From the NCBI GenBank assembly GCA_900553405.1, contig USDF01000002.1, positions 1 through 56,351 of the forward strand: a DNA stretch of 56,351 nucleotides. The letters are read 5' to 3'. Below are positions 8,696 through 18,469 of the stretch, one piece after another; the first letter of the stretch is position 1; the number at the start of each line of letters is the position of its first letter. The DNA comes from an uncultured Clostridium sp. (GTDB taxonomy: Bacteria > Bacillota > Clostridia > TANB77 > CAG-508). A program made the position numbers and the translations under genes. The notes under the pieces were generated by a model. It had not been told where the DNA came from and did no database searches. It was given only the letters and a program-made list of their open reading frames with translations.

Positions 8696-8846
8696 GCATT
8701 TATATAAAATTTGTTAAAAAATATTGCTTTATAATAAAGTTTCTATTATATTTAATTAGATGACTGAGAAGACTTACTTCGGTAAGCAGTTATGATTTAG
8801 AATGTAGCTTATATAGAAATATATAAGCTATAGTTTTTATTATTAA

Positions 8847-8885
8847 AATTGCCGTTTTCATTATTTACGAATGAAAACGGCAATT
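8847..8885 (-). terminator. Stem-loop terminator after the hydrolase gene
   Basis: 16-bp arms aattgccgttttcatt / aatgaaaacggcaatt with a 7-nt loop, directly after the stop at 8889. Confidence 0.6.
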
Positions 8886-8888
8886 AAC

Positions 8889-9440
8889 TTATAAATAACT
8901 AACTATATCTTCAAATGTATCATATCCACTTTCACTATTGATATGTCCGCCATTATGTATTAAAACTTGTTCTGTTGCAACTGTATTAGCAAATTCTTTT
9001 TCTACTTCATATCTTACATATGGATCATTATCTGAGTAGAAACAAATTATCTCATTAGCATATGGTTTTACATCTTCCAAGTTATCAAAATACATTGATT
9101 TATTAACATTATCGTATTCTTCATTTATACCTAGATAATTATTAAATCCACATACGAATATTAACTTCTTAACTTTCACTTTATTTTCAACTAGAAATTT
9201 TGATATTAATATTGGTGCAATACTATGTCCTATAATTGTTGTATTTTCATTTATAAGACCTAAATCTAAATAATATTTTAACAACTTACTCCAATTTTCA
9301 TAATTTTGATATCCTACTCCAATTGGAAAATCTGGTACATATACTTGTTTGCCATCTGTTGCTATAAAATCTTGTAACCAACTAAACCAATTTCCAAATG
9401 GGCTTCCAAACGAACCATGTATTATAAAATAATTTTCCAT
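8889..9440 (-). CDS. Alpha/beta serine hydrolase, YdeN/RBBP9-like
   Basis: 183 aa. FIIHGSFGSP at the N-terminus, a GHS nucleophile motif (IIGHSIA), and C-terminal D and H residues. Confidence 0.65.
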   Translation of the reverse strand: MENYFIIHGSFGSPFGNWFSWLQDFIATDGKQVYVPDFPIGVGYQNYENWSKLLKYYLDLGLINENTTIIGHSIAPILISKFLVENKVKVKKLIFVCGFNNYLGINEEYDNVNKSMYFDNLEDVKPYANEIICFYSDNDPYVRYEVEKEFANTVATEQVLIHNGGHINSESGYDTFEDIVSYL

Positions 9441-9461
9441 TTATTATACCTCCTAAATTAA

Positions 9462-10073
9462 CTATTTTTCAATCTCACTTTCATATTTATCTTTGTATTG
9501 TTCAAATTTAACTTTTGCTCTAGGCAATCCTGCATTTACTGCCATTTTTAAGTAATACTCTGACAATCTCAATTTTTTTTCTGTTCCAACTCCATTATAA
9601 TAAAAATTTGCCCCTAAATCATAAATTGCTGGAAGATGTCCTTGCATTGCACAATCATGTATTAATTCAAATGCTTTATTTACATCTTTTTCAACTTCTC
9701 CAAATCCAAAATAGTAGTACGCACCTAAACAAAATTTAGAAAATGCTTGTCTTCTGGGATTTTCTTTTTCTGCATTTATCAGACTTAATAGTGATTCATA
9801 AGCCTCAATATGTATCTGTTTTGCTTTTTCTTTATCTTGTTCTACTCCATCCCCAAAATAATAACAAGCACCAACTCCATAAGCACAACGAGGATCTCCT
9901 AACTCTTCTCCTTTTTCATACCAGTACATTGCCTTTTCAAAACTTTGCTCTGCTCCATTTTCTTCACTGTCATAACTTCTACCTAAAATATAACATGCAA
10001 ATTTATCACCTTTTTCAGCTTTTCTTCTTACATCATCCAAATCAAATATTATTGGTTTAATATTATTATTCAT
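9462..10073 (-). CDS. Sel1-like (SLR) tetratricopeptide repeat protein
   Basis: Repeated A..WY.K.A..G...A....G.CY..G.GV..D units. Confidence 0.75.
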   Translation of the reverse strand: MNNNIKPIIFDLDDVRRKAEKGDKFACYILGRSYDSEENGAEQSFEKAMYWYEKGEELGDPRCAYGVGACYYFGDGVEQDKEKAKQIHIEAYESLLSLINAEKENPRRQAFSKFCLGAYYYFGFGEVEKDVNKAFELIHDCAMQGHLPAIYDLGANFYYNGVGTEKKLRLSEYYLKMAVNAGLPRAKVKFEQYKDKYESEIEK

Positions 10074-10692
10074 TTTCGACTTCTCCTAATCTTTTTAACA
10101 AAATATATCTTTTAATATTTTCATCTTTTTGATACCAAGTCTTTTCTTCATAGCCTAAATCATTTAAGTTTCTTAAACTATAAACATTACCAAAAGTTAC
10201 TTCTGCAATAATATTTTTAATTTCTTTTTCTCTTGCCATCTTCTCAAGATGTTTTACTAATATTTTTTGTAGTCCATATCCCCTATATTCTGGTAATACT
10301 ATAACACCATCTATATCAGCGCAATTTCCTTCTAATTTTGGAATCATTTGTTTTAATTCTTTCATTCTATTTGAAACTGATAAGAATATCCATGCAATCA
10401 TTTTGTCATCTAAAAAAGCACCATATATTTCGCCATCATTTATAGGGTCGTTAACTATTCTTAAATATGTTTCTTTTTTGAAAGGTAAAAAGTATCCTTT
10501 TTCTTCTTCTTTAAAATTATCTATTACAATATTTTGAATATTATATATATCATCAACATCATTAGCAGTACATTTTCTTATCTTTATATTTCTATTTCTA
10601 ATATATTTATATTCTTCTTCGTTTGCTTGTTGTTTTTCTTTTTTCTCTCCTATTGGAGTATTATTTTCATCAAATATATCTATATATTCCAT
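10066..10692 (-). CDS. GNAT family N-acetyltransferase (with atypical N-terminal extension)
   Basis: VLPEYRGYGLQKILV acetyl-CoA motif. The first ~30 aa look unrelated to GNAT. Confidence 0.75.
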   Translation of the reverse strand: MEYIDIFDENNTPIGEKKEKQQANEEEYKYIRNRNIKIRKCTANDVDDIYNIQNIVIDNFKEEEKGYFLPFKKETYLRIVNDPINDGEIYGAFLDDKMIAWIFLSVSNRMKELKQMIPKLEGNCADIDGVIVLPEYRGYGLQKILVKHLEKMAREKEIKNIIAEVTFGNVYSLRNLNDLGYEEKTWYQKDENIKRYILLKRLGEVENE

Positions 10693-10722
10693 AAAACACC
10701 TCTTTATTTTTTTATCTAGTAT

Positions 10723-11076
10723 TTATTCATCAAATAATTTACATTGCTCTTTATTCCATGCTGGAGTACATACAATTGCAAGTTTAAATGAACCTTCCCA
10801 ATAATAAATATCTTTCTTATGTATAAATATAATATCTCCTTTTTTAAAATTAAAACATTCATCATCTCTTTTATAAATTGTTCCATTACCTTCTAATATA
10901 TAACATAATTCTTCACATTCTAAATTTGAACAATATCCTTTTTCTGGATATCTTCCATTAATTTCATTTATACAGAAATCTAAATTCTTTTCATTCAAAT
11001 CTATTGAATATTCTAGCACTGAACTGGTATCTGCATATTTAAATTTTTTTGCTTGTTCTTCTTTAACTATTTTCAT
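10723..11076 (-). CDS. Cupin domain protein
   Basis: 117 aa. The EELCYILEGNG...GD pattern is typical of a small cupin barrel. Confidence 0.6.
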   Translation of the reverse strand: MKIVKEEQAKKFKYADTSSVLEYSIDLNEKNLDFCINEINGRYPEKGYCSNLECEELCYILEGNGTIYKRDDECFNFKKGDIIFIHKKDIYYWEGSFKLAIVCTPAWNKEQCKLFDE

Positions 11077-11080
11077 AACT

Positions 11081-11620
11081 TTATTTCTCCCTTAAATTAT
11101 ATTTATTAATATTATCTATTGTAGCAAAACCATTATGTTCTTTTACCTTTTCAAGAAATACAATTTCCTCTAAGTGATCACATTCATGTTGTACTAACCT
11201 TGCAAAAAATCCATGCAATTGTTTTATTATTTGATTACCATTTTCATCACAATATGTTAATTCTACATCTTTATATCTCTCTACTTTACCTCTAATACTA
11301 GGGACACTCATACATCCTTCATATTGTATATCTGTTTCTTTTGATATTTCTCTCCAAGTAGGATTTATCATTGCTGTTACAGGATTTTCTTCTGCATCAT
11401 TATATTTAATATTTTCTTTTTTAGCACCTACTACAATTATTCTCTTATTTATACCTATTTGTGGTGCAGCAATTCCTACTCCAGTACCAAATTCTAATGT
11501 TGACTTTAAATCTTCTATGATGTCTAATATTTCTTTAGTTATATTTTTTATATCTACTTCATCACATTCTTTTTCAAGAACAGGGTCTCCCACTTCTCTT
11601 ATTTTTAAAACTTTCCCCAT
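11081..11620 (-). CDS. def: Peptide deformylase
   Basis: GVGIAAPQIG, EGCMSVP and HECDHL motifs are all present. Confidence 0.9.
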   Translation of the reverse strand: MGKVLKIREVGDPVLEKECDEVDIKNITKEILDIIEDLKSTLEFGTGVGIAAPQIGINKRIIVVGAKKENIKYNDAEENPVTAMINPTWREISKETDIQYEGCMSVPSIRGKVERYKDVELTYCDENGNQIIKQLHGFFARLVQHECDHLEEIVFLEKVKEHNGFATIDNINKYNLREK

Positions 11621-11816
11621 ATTTTCCTACTTTCTTACTCATATTTTCCAGTATTTCAAGGATTTTGCTCAATTTTCTAAAAAATATTTTATGTGTTTCC
11701 ACTTACCACTTAAGCAATTACTCTAACTTTCACACCCAAATTTTGATGTTCTTCTTTACCAAATCTGCCTTTTTGTTCAAAAGTTATAATCTCTGAAACC
11801 ATATCAAAATCAAGTA

Positions 11817-13187
11817 TTACATGTCTTGTTTTAGTTGTAGCACTGACACGCACTCCACATGGCTTGTAAACGGAAACATATCTACTGGTTGTATATTACC
11901 TATTTCATAATTTTCATTAAGTAACTTCATATCTCTTACCATAGTTGCAGGATTACAACTAATATAAACTACCTTTTTAGGCTTAACCGCTAAAATATTG
12001 TTAATTGTATTGTTGTCTAATCCCTTACGTGGAGGATCTACTATTATTACATCAGGATAAACTTGTTTCTTTTCCATTAAATTAGAAAATATTTTTTCTA
12101 CATCTCCTGCAAAAAATTCTATATTTTCAATATTATTTATCTTCGCATTTTCTTTTGCATCTTCAATTGCTTGCTCTACAATTTCTATTCCATAAACTTT
12201 TTTTACATAGCTTGAAGCAAAAATTCCTATTGTTCCAATTCCACAATATAAATCAAATAATACATCATCTTTGCTTAAGCCTGCCATTTCAATTGCTGTA
12301 TTGTATAAAACTTCTGCTTGTACTGGGTTTACTTGGTAGAATGACATTGGAGAGATTTTAAATGTATAATCTCCTAATATATCATAAATATATCCATCTC
12401 CATGAAGAACTACATTTTCATATCCTAGTATTACATTTGTGTTTTTCATATTTATATTTTTTACAATTGTTTTTACATTGTATTGTCTTACAAGCATTTC
12501 AACAAGTTCTGTTTCATACGGTATTTTTTTGCCATTTACAACTAATATACACATTATTTCGTGTGTACGAATTCCTACTTTTATTACAATATGGCGAATT
12601 AGCCCCTCTAATGCCTCTTCATTATATACTGGTATATTTTTTTCTATTATAAATTTTTGAATAGAAAATGCTATTTTTTGTGTTTCTATATTTTGAATAA
12701 AACATTCTTTTATTCCTATAATTTCATGTGTTCTTTGTGCAAAGACTCCTACTTGTATTTCGCCTTGTTTATTTAGTCCTACTGGAAATTGAGCTTTATT
12801 TCTATAATTATATGGATTGCCCATTCCTATTGTTTTTTCTACTTTTATATTAGCTCCATTAAAGGTTTTGCTCACTAAATTCTGTACATTTTTTTGTTTT
12901 ATATTTAATGTTTCTTCATAATCAATATGTCTTAAATCACAGCCACCACATCTTTTGTATGTACTGCAATCTTCTTCCACTCTAAAAGGAGATTTTTCTA
13001 GTATTTCTACTACTTTTCCATATCCATAAGAAGAAAGTACTTTCACTATAATTATTTTTACTTTTTCGCCTTTCATGGCATACGGAATAAATATGGTGAA
13101 ATCATTTATTTTAGCAATGCCTTCTCCATTCATTCCATAATCTATAATGTCTACAATATATTCTTCATTCTTTTTTATTTTTTCCAT
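11817..13187 (-). CDS. rlmD: 23S rRNA (uracil-5-)-methyltransferase, RumA/RlmD family (TRAM + Fe-S + SAM MTase)
   Basis: N-terminal TRAM domain, a C..C..CGGC cluster, DLYCGIGT SAM motif and DPPRKG. Confidence 0.85.
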   Translation of the reverse strand: MEKIKKNEEYIVDIIDYGMNGEGIAKINDFTIFIPYAMKGEKVKIIIVKVLSSYGYGKVVEILEKSPFRVEEDCSTYKRCGGCDLRHIDYEETLNIKQKNVQNLVSKTFNGANIKVEKTIGMGNPYNYRNKAQFPVGLNKQGEIQVGVFAQRTHEIIGIKECFIQNIETQKIAFSIQKFIIEKNIPVYNEEALEGLIRHIVIKVGIRTHEIMCILVVNGKKIPYETELVEMLVRQYNVKTIVKNINMKNTNVILGYENVVLHGDGYIYDILGDYTFKISPMSFYQVNPVQAEVLYNTAIEMAGLSKDDVLFDLYCGIGTIGIFASSYVKKVYGIEIVEQAIEDAKENAKINNIENIEFFAGDVEKIFSNLMEKKQVYPDVIIVDPPRKGLDNNTINNILAVKPKKVVYISCNPATMVRDMKLLNENYEIGNIQPVDMFPFTSHVECVSVLQLKQDM

Positions 13188-13248
13188 TTGTGTTCTCCTT
13201 TAAAAAATTCAATTTAAATTGTCTTATATAAAATTTTAATTCTTGATT

Positions 13249-14157
13249 CTATTTTATTCTTTTTCCTTGTACTAAAGGATTCAAGTCTCTTATTTTTACA
13301 TTTGCTAGATTAATACTTGGTATTTCTTCAATTGTTATATTTTCAAATTTATCAAAACATTCAAGTAACTTCAAATCCTTTGTTTCCTTTAATTTAAAAA
13401 TTAAATCTTCCTCATTATCAATATACAACTCTTCATAAGTAATATACTTTTTATTAATTCCGTATTTTGTAATATAAGCCAAAAGTTCCATCATATAATT
13501 ATCCTCATTAGAATGACAATAACAATCTATACTTTTGCTAATTTCTAAAACTTTATTTGCAATGCTTCTCGTCTTAAATCCTATTTCATTGTCATAAATT
13601 TCTATATCGTTTATGATGTTCTTTATATCTTCATAATCTACATTTTTTGTCCAAGAAATTCCTGTAAGAATTACTCCATCTAGTCTATCAGCACATACTT
13701 TTGGACGTTCATTATCAACTATGTTATATTTTTTAAAATTAATAATATCTTCAATTTCAATGTTGTCTTCTTTCAAACATCTACTTAAATATGCATCGTT
13801 TTTTAATATTTTTTCTGTATTTTCTTCTGTACTTTCTTGATTTTTATAATCCTTATTCATATAATCTATTACATGCGAAAAACATGGAGTAGCAATATCA
13901 TGAAAAAGTCCAGCCAAAGTAGCTCTTTTGTCTTTAGTACATTTCCAAGTTAATAATGCAACTGTTAACGAATGATCATATCTTGTAATATTTTCTTTAA
14001 AATTATATATATTTTTAGATGCATAATCCATTCCACAAAAATATCCTACCTTTTTTAATCTAATTAGACAAGGAGTCTCTAAATATTTATTTAAAAAATT
14101 AGGTTTTTTATTATATTCTAATATGTCTAAATAAAATTCAAGCAAAGTATTTTTCAT
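13249..14157 (-). CDS. HD domain-containing phosphohydrolase
   Basis: 302 aa with RYDHS and LFHDIATPCFSH motifs. Confidence 0.7.
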   Translation of the reverse strand: MKNTLLEFYLDILEYNKKPNFLNKYLETPCLIRLKKVGYFCGMDYASKNIYNFKENITRYDHSLTVALLTWKCTKDKRATLAGLFHDIATPCFSHVIDYMNKDYKNQESTEENTEKILKNDAYLSRCLKEDNIEIEDIINFKKYNIVDNERPKVCADRLDGVILTGISWTKNVDYEDIKNIINDIEIYDNEIGFKTRSIANKVLEISKSIDCYCHSNEDNYMMELLAYITKYGINKKYITYEELYIDNEEDLIFKLKETKDLKLLECFDKFENITIEEIPSINLANVKIRDLNPLVQGKRIK

Positions 14158-14331
14158 TATTTTTCTTACCTTTCTATATTTTATGCAAATTCATTTTCTT
14201 GTTTTATAATTTTAGTCTATTTTTTTATTTGCAATAGTTTCAAATTTTCCTTTTTTCTTATTTATATCATAAAATTTGCATAAAAACAATTGTAATATTT
14301 TTTTCTTTGAATTGTTTTTATACAACAAAAA

Positions 14332-14363
14332 AAATCAATCAGATTTTATTTTCTGATTGATTT
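14332..14363 (-). terminator. Intrinsic terminator downstream of tRNA-Leu
   Basis: Arms aaatcaatcaga / tctgattgattt with an 8-nt loop, followed on the minus strand by a run of 8 T. Confidence 0.7.
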
Positions 14364-14404
14364 TTGTATCAACTCTGTTCTATTAGTTTGAACAGAAACG
14401 TCAT

Positions 14405-14487
14405 TGGTGCGGATGAGAGGACTTGAACCCCCACCCTTTCGGACTAGATCCTAAGTCTAGCGCGTCTGCCAGTTTCGCCACATCCGC
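14405..14487 (-). tRNA. tRNA-Leu (anticodon UAG), CCA encoded
   Basis: The reverse complement GCGGATG...CTAGA-CTTAGGA-TCTAG...long variable arm...GGTTCAAGTCC...CATCCGCACCA folds as a type II cloverleaf. Confidence 0.9.
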
Positions 14488-14507
14488 ATTTCCTATCGAC
14501 AATATTT

Positions 14508-14537
14508 ATATTAGCACATTTTGCTCTTTATTGTCAA
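14508..14537 (-). promoter_or_regulatory. Putative sigma-A promoter for tRNA-Leu
   Basis: The minus strand reads TTGACA, 18 nt, TAATAT, about 20 nt before the mature 5' end. Confidence 0.45.
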
Positions 14538-14619
14538 TAGGTATTTTCAATTTTTTTGCTTTTATTTTACCCTATTTTTCCATACTAATTCTAAACTTTC
14601 TAACCATTTTGTAGTAGTA

Positions 14620-15765
14620 TTAATTTATTACTTCACTCATTACCTTTGCTAAATATTTCATACTATTTAAACATTGATCCATTGTATTTCCTGTAGCCCC
14701 CACTTCTATTATGCATGCTGCTTTTGCTAGATGTTGATTATACCTACTATTTCTTAATATTATTGGTTTAAATAATCCTGGATATAATTCATTTGCTTTT
14801 TCTTGTACTTTTATAGCAAATTTTAAGTTATCATTCCAATTTTCGTGCTCTAGTCCTCCTCCATCTGTCCCTATTACAAACATAATTTGTGCTGCTTGTT
14901 CTTCTCCAATTTGAACAGTTGGTGCATATGTATAATCTCCTATTGCATCTCTATGTAAATCTATTACAATATCTGTATTATCATATTGTTTTAATAAGTT
15001 CTTAACTGTAATTAATGATCTTCCATATGACCCATTATATGCAGGATAATCATGATATGTATTATCATGAATTACATTATATCCATAACTCTTTAATTGA
15101 TTTGTAAGTTCTGTTCCAACTCTTACTACATTATAATTAAAATCTGTTGTTCTATATGTTCCTGTTTGTTCATACTCAAAGTTTTCACTTGGTGTATAAC
15201 TTTCACATGTATGTGTATGAAATAATAAAATATTTTCTTTGTTAACAGTTATATCTGGTTTCAACATTTCTTCTGTTAATTCATATTCTGTTTCATTTCT
15301 TACTTTTACACCATTATATTCATTTGTAAACTTAGTAGGTACATTATTTTCTACTACTTTTGTTTCAAGTCCTGTTTTCGCTTGTTCTACTACTACATCA
15401 TTATTTTCTTCTTTTATCTCCTGATTTTCTGTTTTATTTTCTTTTGGTCTAATTTCGTTAAGCATTGCTAATTGTTTAGATACAGTATACTCCAGAAAGT
15501 TTATTCCTTCTATTTTCTCTCCAAAATCTTCCACGTTTCCATTTACTTGTTTCATCATTGGTATAGTCTCTTCTAGGCAAGATTCTAGTCTATTTTTATT
15601 CAAAATTCCCTGTAATTTTATTTCTTCTTTTTGATTACTTTGTTTTATTATTTTTATAAACATAAATAAACATACAAGTACTATTCCTAGTTTTATTCCA
15701 TATTTTAGAACGTCTTTTTTATTTAAAATTGTCACATTTACCATATATGTTTTCCTTTCGTACAA
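14620..15765 (-). CDS. spoIIP: Stage II sporulation protein P
   Basis: N-terminal TM segment. LLFHTHTCESY and VIDLHRDA motifs are characteristic of SpoIIP. Confidence 0.85.
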   Translation of the reverse strand: MYERKTYMVNVTILNKKDVLKYGIKLGIVLVCLFMFIKIIKQSNQKEEIKLQGILNKNRLESCLEETIPMMKQVNGNVEDFGEKIEGINFLEYTVSKQLAMLNEIRPKENKTENQEIKEENNDVVVEQAKTGLETKVVENNVPTKFTNEYNGVKVRNETEYELTEEMLKPDITVNKENILLFHTHTCESYTPSENFEYEQTGTYRTTDFNYNVVRVGTELTNQLKSYGYNVIHDNTYHDYPAYNGSYGRSLITVKNLLKQYDNTDIVIDLHRDAIGDYTYAPTVQIGEEQAAQIMFVIGTDGGGLEHENWNDNLKFAIKVQEKANELYPGLFKPIILRNSRYNQHLAKAACIIEVGATGNTMDQCLNSMKYLAKVMSEVIN

Positions 15766-15889
15766 ACCTATTATATATTAGTATATGCTTGTACTTAGGA
15801 ATTTATGCTAATAGAAATAGAGATTTCAATCACATATAATAAAAAGTATATATATTCTAAATAATATATATACTTTTATTTAAATATTG

Positions 15890-17197
15890 TTATTTAATTT
15901 TCTTAATTACTTCTTCTATTTTTAGAGTTTCTTGTTCTCCTGTTTGCATATTTTTTAAAGTAACTGTATTGTTTGCTATTTCATCTTCTCCTATTACTAT
16001 AACATATGGAATAGCAAGTCTATCTGCATATTTGAATTTAGCTTTTATTTTTTTATTTTCTAAATAAACTTCTGCGTTTATATTCTCACTTCTTAATTCT
16101 GTTGCTACTTCTAATGCTTTTGAATTATCTTCTACCATTGAAACTACTAAGACTTTTGAAATTGAATTTTGTTCTTCTTTTAGTGCATTTAGTTCATTTA
16201 ATTTATAGAATAGTCTTGTTAATCCTATAGAGATTCCTACTCCAGGTAATTTTTTATCTGTATAATATTCTGCTAAATTATCATATCTTCCGCCTGAGCA
16301 AACACTTCCTAATTCACGATATTCATTTAAAAACGTTTCATAAACTGTTCCAGTATAATAGTCTAAACCTCTTGCTATTGTTAAGTCTACTTTAAAGTTA
16401 GAATTTGGAACACCAAAAGCTTTAACATATTTTACAACTTGTTTTAGTTCTTCTAAACCTTCATTAAATATTTCATTAGTATAATTTAATTTTTCTAATG
16501 AATCTATTTTTTCTTCAGTTGTTCCACTAATTTCAATAAAGTTTATTATATCATTTATTTGATTTTCACTTAATTCTAAATCTTTTAAACATTCTATAAC
16601 ATTTTCTTTGCCTATTTTTTCGATTTTATCTATTATACGCATAATGTCTACAGATTTATCTTCTAAATCTAATTCTTTGAATAGACCAGATAATAATTTA
16701 CGATTATTTATACATATTGTAAAATCTTTAAATCCTAAATCTTTAATTGTACTATATATTACTGCTGGCATTTCTGCATCATTTATTATGCTTAATTCTC
16801 CATCACCTATAATATCTATATCACATTGATAAAATTCACGGAATCTTCCTTTTTGTGGTCTTTCTCCACGATATACTTTTCCTATTTGATATCTTCTAAA
16901 AGGAAAGCTTAAATCGTTATAATATTCAGTTACATATTTGGCAAGTGGTACTGTTAAATCAAAACGAAGTGCTAAATCATTGTCTCCTTTTTGGAAACGA
17001 TAGATTTGTTTTTCTGTTTCTCCTCCAGCTTTTGCTAAAAGTACATCTGACATTTCTATTATTGGTGTATCTATTGGTAAAAAGCCAAACTTTTCATATG
17101 ATTTTTGTATTTTTTCTTTCATTTTATTAAATAGAATTTGCTCTTTTGGTAGCAGTTCCATAAAGCCTGGCAATGTTCTTGGTTCTATTTTGTTCAT
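15890..17197 (-). CDS. hisS: Histidine--tRNA ligase
   Basis: 435 aa. Class II motifs (LRFDLTVPLAKY, FREFYQCD, GGRYDNL) plus a C-terminal anticodon-binding domain. Confidence 0.85.
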   Translation of the reverse strand: MNKIEPRTLPGFMELLPKEQILFNKMKEKIQKSYEKFGFLPIDTPIIEMSDVLLAKAGGETEKQIYRFQKGDNDLALRFDLTVPLAKYVTEYYNDLSFPFRRYQIGKVYRGERPQKGRFREFYQCDIDIIGDGELSIINDAEMPAVIYSTIKDLGFKDFTICINNRKLLSGLFKELDLEDKSVDIMRIIDKIEKIGKENVIECLKDLELSENQINDIINFIEISGTTEEKIDSLEKLNYTNEIFNEGLEELKQVVKYVKAFGVPNSNFKVDLTIARGLDYYTGTVYETFLNEYRELGSVCSGGRYDNLAEYYTDKKLPGVGISIGLTRLFYKLNELNALKEEQNSISKVLVVSMVEDNSKALEVATELRSENINAEVYLENKKIKAKFKYADRLAIPYVIVIGEDEIANNTVTLKNMQTGEQETLKIEEVIKKIK

Positions 17198-17210
17198 TTT
17201 ATTTCCTCCT

Positions 17211-17327
17211 ATTAAAGCTAAACTATTAGGGACGGGCCTTTTTAGTTTAGTTATATATTTTCTATTTTTTACCTATTTGATTACTTACTAAACTAAAAAG
17301 GCCCGTCCCTAATAGTTTAGCTTTAAT
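17211..17327. repeat. 40-bp perfect inverted repeat with 37-nt loop between the MBL hydrolase gene and hisS
   Basis: attaaagctaaactattagggacgggcctttttagtttag (17211-17250) is the exact reverse complement of 17288-17327. The distal arm contains the MBL stop codon. Confidence 0.9.
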
Positions 17328-17973
17328 CTAATCTTGGTTTTAGTTCTAAATATATTGGTTCTTCTTCTCTTATTGTTGTCATTCTTCCGTGACCTGGATA
17401 TACTATTGTATCATCTGGAAGTATTGTTAGTTTGTTTGTTATAGATGTTATTATATCTGGAAAACTACTTGTTGGTAAGTCTGTTCTTCCCCATGTTCCT
17501 TTAAATAATGTATCTCCTGAAAATAGTAATCCTTCTTCTTTACAATATAGACAAGTTCCACCTTTTGTATGTCCTGGTGTGTGTATTACCTTGAATTCTA
17601 GATTTCCTAAATGGATTATATCTCCTTCATCTACTCTTGAATCCGCTTCTAGTTCTATATCGTCCATTCCTATATAATAAGTAAGACTAATTGCAGGATT
17701 ATACAACCCTTCTGCATCATCTCTATGAATTAATACTTTTCCACCTTTTTTTGCTTTTACTTCTAATATTGCTCCAAAATGGTCTCCATGACAATGTGTT
17801 AAATATATATATTTTAACTTGTCTATTCCTAATGTATCTAGCATATCTATAATCTTATCTGCTTCTCCACCTGGATCTATAACCATTGTTTCTTTACTTT
17901 CTTCGTCTTCTACTATATAACAATTTGTTGGCTCTTCCAAAGCTGTAGTTACTTTTAATCTTTTTAATATCAT
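17323..17973 (-). CDS. MBL-fold metallo-hydrolase (glyoxalase II-like)
   Basis: THCHGDH motif, and HTPGHT further downstream. Confidence 0.85.
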   Translation of the reverse strand: MILKRLKVTTALEEPTNCYIVEDEESKETMVIDPGGEADKIIDMLDTLGIDKLKYIYLTHCHGDHFGAILEVKAKKGGKVLIHRDDAEGLYNPAISLTYYIGMDDIELEADSRVDEGDIIHLGNLEFKVIHTPGHTKGGTCLYCKEEGLLFSGDTLFKGTWGRTDLPTSSFPDIITSITNKLTILPDDTIVYPGHGRMTTIREEEPIYLELKPRLD

Positions 17974-18469
17974 TTGTTTTTCCTTCTTTTTAAATATATT
18001 TGTATTAAATCTGGATCATTTTGATTCTCTGGTAATTTATCAATATCAAAGAATTTCATATTTCTAGACTCATTGTCCCATTATCTACTAGTTCTAAATC
18101 TTCCTCTTTTACATCTAAATTAGTTTCTTCTTTTATTTCTCTAATAATAGTATCTTGAAATCTTTCTCCTAATTCTTGACAACCACCAGGAAGTCCCCAT
18201 TTATCTCTATCTGCTCTACTTTGTAATAAAATTTGATTTTTACTATTTAATATAATAGCAGCTGCACCATCTTGTAACAAAACAAATCTGTGCTTTAGTT
18301 CTCCCATACATAATCTAGTAAATACAGGATATCCTATAATATTGCTTAATTCAATTATTTCGTCAGAAGATAATTTTTCTATTATTTTCTTTAATTCATC
18401 ATAAGACATATTTCTTTGTTCTTGTAAAGATAAATTTCTAATTTTATTTAGTATTTCTTTATTATTCAT
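17970..18469 (-). pseudogene. NUDIX hydrolase with internal deletion/frameshift
   Basis: Nudix box GGCQELGERFQDTIIREIKEETNL. The ORF stops at 18056 after LELVDNGTMSLEI. Another frame continues WDNESRNMKFFDIDKLPEN... to a TGA overlapping the MBL start. About 50 aa of the fold are missing. Confidence 0.6.

Noticed and set aside
11621-11816. Short frame reading MVSEIITFEQKGRFGKEEHQNLGVKVRVIA between rlmD and def, possibly a gene remnant
   Set aside because: It is only about 30 codons with no RBS, and I cannot assign it to any family. There is not enough evidence to call a feature.
14423-14614. 63-aa plus-strand ORF
   Set aside because: It is antisense to and overlaps tRNA-Leu and its promoter, and has no RBS. 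It is spurious.
17198-17322. T-box leader expected upstream of a Firmicute hisS
   Set aside because: The whole gap is about 125 nt and is filled by the 40-bp palindrome. No specifier loop or T-box consensus sequence is visible.
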